From Octopus bimaculoides (Eukaryota): 64,000 nt of DNA. The notes under the pieces are model-generated. The model ran no database searches. It was not told where the DNA came from and saw only the letters and a list, made by a program, of their open reading frames with translations. The first letter of the stretch is position 1, and the number at the start of each line of letters is the position of its first letter. A program made the translations under genes and the position numbers. The stretch spans positions 53,775,841-53,839,840 of the forward strand of contig NC_068985.1 in NCBI RefSeq assembly GCF_001194135.2, read 5' to 3'. Below, in pieces: positions 48,765 through 59,963 of this stretch.

Positions 48765-51130
48765 GATTTGGCTCAGGTTTGGTCTTATTCCTGGTATGAT
48801 TTATGTGAGTAGTGGGTACCTGTAACCTTATGTATCCACAAGTTTTTGGCAGTCTTTCATATGCTTAGAACCCTCCCGATAATCCTTGCTGTCCCTAAGA
48901 GACAAACTTTCGGTTGGAGCTCTATCTGGCATTCTCATTCTATTTCAGTTTCCTCTGGCCTTTCGTCTATATCCTGGTTTACTGTTTCCAACGCACCAGT
49001 TATTATAGGCAAGACCTCTACTGTTCGCATGCTCCAAATTCTTCTTATTTCAAATTTTAAGGGTTTGCATTTTCTGTTTTTCTTCTTCTTTCTTTACGAT
49101 CCTGAAATCAAACGGGCATGATGGTTCGATAAGGAAGCAACTTTGCTTTTCCTTATCTATGATTGTAATATCTGGTCTACTATTTTCTAACTTCTTGTCC
49201 GTTTGAATAGGAAAATCCCACAAAATTTTACATTTCTCCGACTCTAGTATTCTTTCGATTCGATGATTGTACCATGAGTTTCCAGCTTCAAATCCCCATT
49301 TCTGGCACAGTTTCCAGTGTAAAAGTTTTACAACCTGGTTGTGCCTCCATTTCTTATATTCTTCCTATGCCAATTCGAGACATTCTGTCACAATGTGTGC
49401 CACTGTCTCGTTCTAAGTTCCACAGGCTCAACATTTTCCTGATACATTCTCACCATATATATTTTTTCTCAAGTTCTCAAGTTGATCTTGGGCTCTCTTT
49501 CTCTTTTTAATTGCCTCTTTTTTAACCAAGCCCAGGATTTCATTCCACATACGTCTTCAGTGGCTCTCCATAATTGGCTATGTAGAAGTTTTTCTTCGCT
49601 CTGTCTGACATGCTCTGTTTGTATTTCATTCTTGTCCTTTTCTTCTATTTCGCGCTTCATTACCTGTTCTTAATAAACTACCTTTAGTAGTTTTTCTGTG
49701 CTGTTCTGTAAATACTCGACTAGTCTTTTTCTTTCCGTCTGTACACATTCTTCTACTGCTGTTAAACCCCTCCACCCTAGTCTATCTTCAAGTACACCCG
49801 GTTGATATCAGCTTGCGAATGGTGGACTCCATATATCGTCAACAACTTCCCAGTTTTTCTATCAAGTTTCTTTATATCGTTTCTGGTCCAGTCTATAATT
49901 TCAATTCTATATCTGATTATGGGTACTGCTCTTGAATTTATTGCTTCAATAAGATTTTTGGAATTCAGTTTTGACTGCAATAATTTTCTTACCCTCTTTG
50001 TGTACTCCCTACTGGTAATTTGTTTCATTTCTTCATTTTTTATTTCGTCTGCTTCCGGTATTCTCATGTACTTATGCCACTGTCCTTTCTCAACCGCTCT
50101 CATTGTTTGACCATTTGGCATTTCAATTCCTTGGCTTCTTTCAAATCTTCCTCGTTTCATTTTCAATATAGCGCACTTTGCTATCCCAAATTCCATACCT
50201 GCATCATTTGAGAAAATGCGGATAGTATGCACAAGATTTTCAAGGTGTTTCTCATTTTTCGCATAAACCTTTATATCATCCATGAAAAGGAGATGACTTA
50301 TCTGACCATTTCCTTTTCCCAAATCGTAAGCAATTTTAACTTTTCGTAATATCATAGTGAACAGTGTCATGGAGAATAGGAATAGTAATGGAGATAAGCT
50401 ATCACCTTGGAATATTCCACGTCTGATGTTCACTTTTCCGAGTTTTTGCTTTCCTCCGATCAATTCAGTATTCCAATGTTTTATACTTTCATTAAGCATT
50501 TTCTCCGTGTTTTTTTGCTATTCCAAAGATGCTCATTGTTTTACTTATCCAACTGCGTGACACCTTGTCATGTGCTTTTTTGTAATCTATCCATGCTACA
50601 TTCAGTCTCACCAATCTGCGTCTACAATTTCTAATTATCATTTTATTAATTAATAAGTGATATTTTTGTTGCCCTGCTTTTTGTTTCTGTTCTTCTGGAA
50701 GTAGATTGTTACTTACCAGATGGTTGTATTACACTTCCGCCAAAACACCGGTCATAAGCTTCTACATTAGTGGTAAACAGGTTATAGGTCAAAAATTTGA
50801 TGACAAATTCCCTTTCAAGGGATCCTTGAGGCATAGCAACATTCGTCCAGTTGTCATCCAGGCAGAGACGTGACCTTGCTGCAGGCAGTCATCCAGTTGC
50901 ACAGCGATCCTTTCATGCAACTGTGTAAAGTTCTTCAGCAAATAGCCTTGTACTTCATCCGGACCTTGTACAAATAACCGTATACTCCATCCAGTAGACG
51001 CTTTCTATTTAATTGGAGCAGTCTATTCTGTTCGAAATTTTTGCATTTACCATCATATCTTTTCAATTTGGCCTTTAACGCTGTCACGTTTGTGTCGATT
51101 CTTCATGTACCGTTTGACTTCTCCTTTCTT
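48765..51130 (-). mobile_element. 5'-truncated R4/Dong-like RLE LINE (RT, CCHC, restriction-like endonuclease), decayed
   Basis: PITCLPLM, AWIDYKKA, GIFQGDSLSPLLF, HLLFMDDIKVYAK, KILWDFPIQTD..RPDITIIDK motifs. Confidence 0.9.
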
Positions 51131-51187
51131 CTATCCTGTACTGTCCATTTAATTTTCAATTTTAATTTTATTTTTCCATTTTTCTCA

Positions 51188-51251
<64 letters not shown>

Positions 51252-52091
51252 GATGATGATGATTCGAAATGCTTAGCGGTATTTTGCCCGTCGCTACATT
51301 CTCAGTTCAAATTCTGCCGAGGTCGACTTTGCTCTTCATCCTTTCGGAGTCGATAAATTAAGTACCAGTGAAACACNNNNNNNNNNNNNNNNNNNNNNNN
51401 NNNNNNNNNNNNNNNNNNNNNNNNNNNNNNNNNNNNNNNNNNNNNNNNNNNNNNNNNNNNNNNNNNNNNNNNNNNNNNNNNNNNNNNNNNNNNNNNNNNN
51501 NNNNNNNNNNNNNNNNNNNNNNNNNNNNNNNNNNNNNNNNNNNNNNNNNNNNNNNNNNNNNNNNNNNNNNNNNNNNNNNNNNNNNNNNNNNNNNNNNNNN
51601 NNNNNNNNNNNNNNNNNNNNNNNNNNNNNNNNNNNNNNNNNNNNNNNNNNNNNNNNNNNNNNNNNNNNNNNNNNNNNNNNNNNNNNNNNNNNNNNNNNNN
51701 NNNNNNNNNNNNNNNNNNNNNNNNNNNNNNNNNNNNNNNNNNNNNNNNNNNNNNNNNNNNNNNNNNNNNNNNNNNNNNNNNNNNNNNNNNNNNNNNNNNN
51801 NNNNNNNNNNNNNNNNNNNNNNNNNNNNNNNNNNNNNNNNNNNNNNNNNNNNNNNNNNNNNNNNNNNNNNNNNNNNNNNNNNNNNNNNNNNNNNNNNNNN
51901 NNNNNNNNNNNNNNNNNNNNNNNNNNNNNNNNNNNNNNNNNNNNNNNNNNNNNNNNNNNNNNNNNNNNNNNNNNNNNNNNNNNNNNNNNNNNNNNNNNNN
52001 NNNNNNNNNNNNNNNNNNNNNNNNNNNNNNNNNNNNNNNNNNNNNNNNNNNNNNNNNNNNNNNNNNNNNNNNNNNNNNNNNNNNNNNNNNN

Positions 52092-53585
52092 CCTTATTGC
52101 AGCCTTTATTTGTTCCATGCACTTCTCAATGTTTTTACTCACTGTTCCGAGGGCTCCGACAACTATTGGTACTACTAGCACCGTTTTCATCGACCACAAC
52201 TGCTTAACCTCCCAAGCTAACCTGTCATATCTTTCGACTTTTCTTCCTTATCGCATACCTTGTTGTCAGCTGGGCATGCTATATCTATGATCCAGGATCG
52301 TTTGCTTTCTTTCTCAATTAAGACTATGTCTGGCTTCCTATTCTCTATCTCATGGTCGCACTGAATCATAAAATCCCATAGGATCTTTGCATTACCATTT
52401 TCGATGATCACTTCGGATTTATGTTCGTACCATTTTTTTGCTCTGTCAAGTTCATACTTGTTGCAAAGCGTCCAATGGACAAGCCTTGCTATATTGTCAT
52501 GACATCTCTTATATTCTTTCTGGGCTAGTGGTATACATTGACTGGTAATATGCTATACGGTTTCACGATTTTGTTCACAAATTCTGCACTTATCACTTTT
52601 TGATGTGCTGTCTATTCTGTATTTGATGTAATTCGTTCTTAGTGCTTGCTCTTGGACAGCACAGATTAGAGCTTCCGTTTCCGGTTTTAAATCACTTTTA
52701 GTCATCCATAGCCATCTTTTTTCTCTCTCTCTCTGTCTTATTTTCAACATCCCTATGAAATTGTCCAAGAATTTTTTTCTTTATCCACCTATTTTCAGTT
52801 TTCTTCATTCTCAAGTACTTGTACAGTGCTTGTACACAAGCCTGACCTTCTTACTTCCAATAATATCGGTTCTATGACATTTTTTACATACCATGCTATG
52901 TTGTTTTCTTCTGCTCTAACGCTATGTTCGCATCCAATCAGTCCTCTTTTTCTTGGTACAAACAGTCTGTCTGTGTCACTTTTTGGGTGGAGTGACCCAT
53001 ATCTAGTTAGCAACTTCCTTGTCTTTCTGTCTAAGCTGTTTATTTCGTCTACTGTCCATGCGATTACCCTTGCTCCATATCTAATGAGTGAAACCGCCCA
53101 GGTGTTGATAGCTTCAATCTTATTCCATCCGTTTAATTTCGACTTAAGGATCAGTATTAGCCTGCGCAAGTACTCCACCTTAAATTTTTATGTCATTTCT
53201 TTCTCCATCAATTTATCCATTTCCAATTTCCCCAAGTACTTATAGCCCGTCTCTTCTATCTGTTTCATAATCCTCCCCGACGCTATCGCTAGCCCGTCCA
53301 TACATTTGATTTTGCCTCTCTTCAAGACTAATACACGACACTTTTTCAGTCCGAACTCCATTCTGATATCAGCACTGAAAGTATCAACGAGGGAACTAAC
53401 TTGGAATTCATTTTTACCATAAAGTTTGAAGTCAGCCATGAATAACAAGTAGTTGATTTTTGTTGGCGGCTTTTGAATACATACCCAGCCTTTGCTTTCC
53501 TCAGAATCGGTGTTAGTGGTATCATACACAGTACAAAGATCAGTGGGGACAGGCAGTGCCCTTGGAAGATGCCTCTCCTGATTTC

Positions 53586-53586
<1 letters not shown>
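52092..53586 (-). mobile_element. Second R4/Dong-like LINE, truncated at the GIFQG motif, 3' end in gap
   Basis: GIFQGHCLSPLIF, LLFMADFKLYGK, ETEALICAVQEQAL, CRICEQ..ETV, KILWDFMIQCD..KPDIVLI..IIDIACP. Confidence 0.9.
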
Positions 53587-53643
<57 letters not shown>

Positions 53644-53646
<3 letters not shown>

Positions 53647-55165
53647 TAGTCTTATTTTTATAACGTGCTTTCACTTCACTACCGAGCGCAGCTCTGTGTG
53701 CCTTGGGTATGTGCTGTGATTTGCTGTGATGCTCTTATGGTTACTGTATCGAAAGTGTTTTGCGTAGGATGTGTGCAGTGCCCAGTAGTGCAATTTTCTG
53801 TATGTTACATATATTTGTAAGTCCTGATGTTTTTGTTATGTATTTGTCTGAATATTTTTATCATACCTAATGCGCCTACTATGATAGGAATTGTTTCTGT
53901 TTTTAGATTCCACATTCGAGTTACCTCTATTTCCAGGTCTTTGTATTTTGAAAGTTTCTCCATTTCTTTTAGAGAAACGTTATAATCTGCTGGTATTGAT
54001 ACATCAATTAGAACTCAATTTTTTTCTTCATGATCTCTGACAACTATATCTGGCCTATTGGCCTTAATTTCTCTATTTGTGTGTATTGGCATATCCCAGA
54101 GTACGGTTGCTTTCACATTTTTCTGTGACCTTTTCTGGTGTGTGCCTATACCATCTTTTTTCTGTTGTTATTCCATAGTGTTGGCATAGCTTCCAGTGTA
54201 TGTAGGTCCCAGCTCTGTCGTGTCTGTGAATACATTCCTTCTTAGCCAGGACTGGGCAGCCAGAGATAATGTGATTTATTGTTTCTTTTCCATCTCCACA
54301 TATTCTGCAGTTACTTGTTATGTTTCTTTTCATTATATGTTTTTGGTAATTTCTGGTGAGGAGGCTTTGGTCTTGTGCTGTAATTAAAAACCCTTCAGTG
54401 CCAATCAGAAAAGGAGTGGAGAGAGCGAGTCTCCTCGGAATATTCCTCTTCTAATGGGGATGGCTTTGGTTTTCACGAGTCCCTCTTTTGTTTGGAGCTT
54501 TAGCACTGTATGCCATTTATTCATAGAGTATCTTATGTATTTTATAATTATTGGTGCTACCTTGTTTATGGCTAATGTTTCGAGGATCCATTTGTGGGGA
54601 ATACTATCAAAAGCCTTTCGGTAGTCGGTCCAGGCCATACTGAGGCCTTTCTTCTTTCTGCGGCTGTCTTCAGTTATGGCTTTATTGATCATTAATTGAC
54701 CTTTACAGCATCCCTTCTACTCTTCTGGAAACAGGTCGTTTTCTTCCAGGTGCTTGCTCAATCTCTGCGATATTATTGCAGTAAAGGCTTTGTAGATTGT
54801 AGGGAGACAGGTTATAGGTCTGAAGTTTTGTGGTTTGCCGTTTCAGTGGATTTGGGAATTAGGATAGTTTTCCCTTTCGTGAGCCATTCGGGCATTGTCT
54901 CTGGCTCTGCTAGTATGCCGTTAAAGTTATCAGCCAGCTTATTGTGTATTCTTGTCAGATATTTTAACCAGAAGTTGGGGATCTTGTCGTGCCCAGGTGC
55001 CTTCCAGTTGCTTAGTCTTTACAGTGCCTGGGGGACCTCTTCAGTTGTTATAGGGGTCCAGAGTTGCTCAGGTGCTAAGTTCGTTGTTTTAATAGTCCTT
55101 TTCTGAGGTTGTTCCTTTGCCGACCATATTTCTTTCCAAATTCTTCCACTCCTTCTGCTGTTGGT
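53644..55165 (-). mobile_element. Third R4/Dong-like LINE with intact 3' end and a large internal deletion
   Basis: AWTDYRKAFDSIPH, GIFRGDSLSPLLF joined directly to TEGFLIxAQDQ, CRICGDGKETINHIISGCP; (ATT)n on both sides. Confidence 0.9.
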
Positions 55166-55169
55166 GCTG

Positions 55170-55217
<48 letters not shown>

Positions 55218-55247
55218 GAGCCGACCAACAGGCAGCATCCGATTTTA

Positions 55248-56071
55248 AGGCGGTGAGCAGGAAGAATCGTTAGCACGCCAGACAAAATGCTTAGCGGCAT
55301 TTCGTCTGTTCCTACATTCTGAATTCAAATTCCGCCGAGATCGACTTTGCCCTTCATCTTTTCGGAATCGATAATATAAGTACCTGTTGAATATTGGGGT
55401 CGATGTAATCGACTATCCCCTGCCCCTAATTTCAGGACTTGATCCTATTGTAGAAAGGATTATTACCATTATTAAGACGATGAGCTGCAGAGTCGTTAGC
55501 AACACAGACAAAATACTTAGCGACATTTCGGCCGTCTTTACATTCTGAGTTCAAATTCCGCCAAGGTCGACTTTGCTTTTCATATTTTGGGGATCGATAA
55601 AATGAGTACCAGTTGAATATTGGAGCCGATGTAATTGACTTGTCCCCTTCCCCGAACTTTCTGGCTTGTGCCAAAATTTGAAACCATTATTATTATCATT
55701 TACTTTTAATCTGCATGTTTGTTACAATCACTTGCTGAGACACACCCAGCGTCCTAGAGCGAGTGAAGGAAAAGAGATGTTACAGTATGACTGAAAGCTT
55801 GGGAAAGAGGGGATGTGGTAGGGGCAGTAGTGAAATATCTTCGCGTAATACAACACACACATTTAAGTCGATAGGGATTTTCTAAGGATGTGGGCAGTAC
55901 TTGTCAGCAAAATCTTTTGGATTTCTCTGAGACATGGTTCTCCTGGGATCTTATCTAGATGTTTCTGACATCCCATTTTTATCATACCTAGGGCACCTAC
56001 AATAACAGGCACAGTTCTCGCTTTAAGATGCCACATCTTTTGTATTTCAATTTCCAGGTCCTTATATTTAC

Positions 56072-56139
<68 letters not shown>

Positions 56140-56600
56140 ACCAATGGGTTTCATTCGATTTCAAGGCGGCGAGCAGGTAGGATCTAACGACAAAATGCTT
56201 AGCGGCATTTCTTCTGGCTTTACGTTCTGAGTCCAAATTCCGTTGAAGTCCACTTTGCTGTTCATCCTTTTGAGGTGGATAAAATAAGTACTAGTTGAAC
56301 ACTGGGTTCGATGTAATCGACTGCCCCCACCCTCGTCCAAAGTTTCAGGCCTTGTGCCTATATTAGAATTTATCATTATTATGGGCGGTAGATTGGTAGA
56401 ATAGTTAGTGCGTCGAAAAAATACCTACTTGTATTTGTTCCGACATTTTGAATTCTGAGTTCAAATTTTAACGAGATCAACTTTGACTTTCATCCATTCA
56501 GAGTCAAGTACAAGCCGATGGCGTCGACTAATGTCTTCCCACAAAATTTCCTGCTATGTACCTAAATCAGAAACAATTATAATTTCTAATTCTACAACTC
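55248..56600 (+). mobile_element. Head-to-tail series of about 4 tRNA-headed SINEs with (ATT)n spacers
   Basis: Heads at ~55248, 55472, 56162 and 56383, each with B box and central domain. Confidence 0.8.
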
Positions 56601-59182
56601 AATTTTACGAACATCCAACCATTTTCCCAATTTTCAAATTTGAAACAATCAATTATACGAAATAATTATAATCAGCTTAGCTGTCACTCACAAGCATGAA
56701 TAACCTGGTAATATGTACCATACTTTTATTAGTTTTTTTTTTCTTATTGTTGTAGTTGTTGTTATTGCTTTTCTCGTCTCCTCTTATATTATTTTTATTT
56801 CGTGCTTTATCTCCTATCTATTCAAGCAGCTACATGTCGAATGGTCCGATCGCATCGCCTTCAAATATCCTGTTTTCATCAACACGCATCAACATCACAG
56901 TTCGTTGTTTCTTGGTGCCAAATTATAGACGAGAAGATATAGATACCCTCTCACCGCTTCAAACTTTGTCTCAGCGGCACATTCAGGAGGCAATTGCTGG
57001 AGAGAGAAAAAGCTGAGTTAGCAGTTGGCTAGTGCTCCAGGAAGCGAACTCTCGAACACGACCAGGAATTGAATCCCGAACTAATGATTGTAAGTTTGAC
57101 ACCCTAACTACTGGGTCATTAATATCTAGGTTGAAACCGTAACTTTGCCATTCTCTAAACTATGTCTTCTACTAGCCCACCCATATTAGCAGTATTGCAT
57201 TGTGAAATAAAAATACTCATGGACGGATGTCGTTTTACTGCATCCGATATGTTCGTTTATCAGTGAGAATGACCTCAAATTAAGATTCCATCACAGTATA
57301 TGCCATAAAAGTTAAAATATAATTATTGGTGTTGTTAATTTATTGTGTATTTCTAATTGTTTTTATCTGTGAAATAATGAAATAACTATTTCCTTATTTC
57401 CAACTATTACTACTTTTGCTGTCTTTGTTGTAGTGTTGCTATTTTAGTATAGAAAAAGATCAATTTAGTATCATCTAGAACATTCAACAACTTTAACACG
57501 GCCCTAAGATATCTTACATGTATAAAATGTCATTAACAAAAACGACTTTATGGACAGCGTGATGTATTTTTGTGTATTTTTACTTTACCTCTTAGTTAAT
57601 AAGCTATGTTCTAAGACGGTGGATTAAATAAAGATAAGAAACGGCCCAAATTGAAAATATTGATGTCAAGAATAAGCTATTTATTTTGTTTGCAGCTTTG
57701 TCATGTGATATGTTTAGTTTGAAAAGAGAGAGAATGATTGTATGATTCGTTTAAAGACTGTGGCTGGCATGTGAGAAGATAGAATTGGATTCTGAAATTA
57801 ACGAGTGAAACATTGGTGGTTTTCATTGAGCAGAACCAAATTTTCGCTTGATGACTGCCCACGTTACTATTTTTACTTGAATTTCTTGTTAATTCCAAAC
57901 GACTAGAAATATGTGTGATTACGTAACAGTTTTGATTGAAATTGTAGATAAATGATAAAATAGCATTGAATGAAATATGTAAAATAAGTGCACCCGTGAG
58001 AGGTTAATGGTTTTGCTTCGACTCTCCTAAATGTGTTAATTATTTTGATGGATGTGTGATGGGGTAGAATGGAGGGTGTCCTTAAACAAGCTAGACACTG
58101 ATTAAAATGGATTTTATGAGAGTTGTAATAGTGAACGAAGTGTTCAAATGTAGTTAGGTGGAGAAACAGAAATAACAGGGTAAAAAATAAAAGAGAGAGA
58201 TTGTGCGGCAGAATTCTGTTACAGCACATCAAATATGGGGTGACATGACACTAATACTTTGATTTGATGATTTTAAGATTTACAGTTCAAATCTGACAAA
58301 AGTCACACATTTTTTATTATTATTTTGATCGAAATATGTTTTATTTTAAAAACCCAAAAATCATGGTGGGTTACACAACATCTTGTGGTATTTGATGCCT
58401 GATTTTTACTTTACTGAACTCAAATCTTGTCAGTGTTTACCTCTCTTACTCTTAGGTTCAATAAAGGAAGTACGAAATATAACTGTTTCTTCATGCAAAA
58501 AGAGTGGCCGCAAGCCTGTGTGAGAAATTATAATTATATATTTCTCATACAAAACAAGTCGAGAACTGGCAAAATGACCAAACATTAACTCTACTACAGT
58601 TGTTTGGCATTTACACCATGTTGCTGGTTCCTGACTATCTTTAAGATGACATCTGGATTGAAGTAAGGATTGAACTAGATTATTGTTCTCTTCTTTTTTT
58701 ACGGAAAAGGATGTTAGTAATTTCTCTAATTTCTCTTTAAATCCATTTCTCGCTAATGCTTTACCCCAAACACTCACATTCAGCTGTTGAAAAAAACACC
58801 TGTACATTGAGAGGGTTCTATTTCTCCAAAGAAGGGATTTACAGAACGACTGTAACTCACATGATAGTATCTTCAGGTACTTTTGCAAAACTCACTCCTA
58901 TTAGTTTCAAATAAGAAAGTGGAGAGGATACAAAATTGACAGACATCAGCCGCTAAACATTCCAGTATGTTTATTTATTCCAATGTATTAGATGAATACA
59001 AACACATGCATATGTACACATGTATTAGTGGTACTGATTATCAAATAGAAAGAGTAGGTAATTGCAAAAACAAGGGTGTGGAAGCATATAATCAATAGGA
59101 ACAGGTGATTAATTGAGCAAATGAACAAATGAGTATATGAACAGATTGTCAGTAAAATCGAATGGGTGTGTAGGTGCTAGTT

Positions 59183-59306
59183 CCTTACGGCCGTTTCTGC
59201 CAAGAGGCAACAAAATCTTCCAGGTTATCTCCATCTCTTCAGTGTCATGTAGGGATGAGCAGGTAAGGCTTGGATAATGAATGTGCCTCTAGGCTTCTTC
59301 AGAAGG
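59183..59306 (-). ncRNA. Candidate type I hammerhead ribozyme with long stem II insert (left repeat)
   Basis: Minus strand CCTT-CTGAAGA-A-GCCTAGAGGCA...TGCCTCTTGGC-A-GAAAC-GGCC-GTA-AGG; stem II 10/11 pairs. Confidence 0.5.
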
Positions 59307-59840
59307 TCTAAGTGGTTGGGAGGGCTAACACAAAAAAAAATGTTAATAACAGCGACAGTGTGTTTGTCGGCAAAAAACGAACACTAACATCGCACTTTGG
59401 CCCCACCTGGTTCCTTTCTGTCATTAATGTACTCATATACCATCCGCAACGTTACACCTACTAACTGGCACTTTGCATATAAACTTTCACCTCCGTAACA
59501 CGGACTATACATTCAAACTCACCACTGAAGCTCTATGTAAGCATAATGTGAACTACTGCCTAAAATTATCCTTCCTGAAAAAACTTCTCTTGAAAACGAC
59601 TATATCCACCTCCAACACTGGACAAAATAACATGGATCCTATGATACATCACGGGAAGTCTGTATCTTATTTCCCCTTGCTATACCTAAATCATTATACT
59701 AAGATGTACTTCCCTTACATCCTCATGCTTGTTCTTATTCTTACTCCTATTCTTTTTCTACTCTATTTTAAAAAGACAAACACACTCTAGCTATTATTAA
59801 CTGTTTTTTTATATATGCTAGCCCTCCCAACCACTTAAAC

Positions 59841-59963
59841 CCTCTGAAGAAGCTTACAGACACATTCATTATCCAAGCTTTACCTGCTCATCCCTACATA
59901 ACACTGAAGAGATGGAGATAACCTGGAAGATTTCGTTGCCTCTTGGCAGAAACGGCCGTAAGG
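59841..59963 (+). ncRNA. Candidate type I hammerhead ribozyme with long stem II insert (right repeat)
   Basis: CCT-CTGAAGA (59844-59850)..GAAAC-GGCC-GTA-AGG (59949-59963); stem I CCT/AGG; stem II GCTTACAGACA/TGCCTCTTGGC (8/11 pairs). Confidence 0.45.

Noticed and set aside
56830-57020. Minus-strand acceptor CTTTTTCTCTCTCCAG followed by QLPPECAAETKFEA and a GTGAGA donor
   Set aside because: Only 42 nt, unrecognised peptide and no partner exons; cannot be separated from chance
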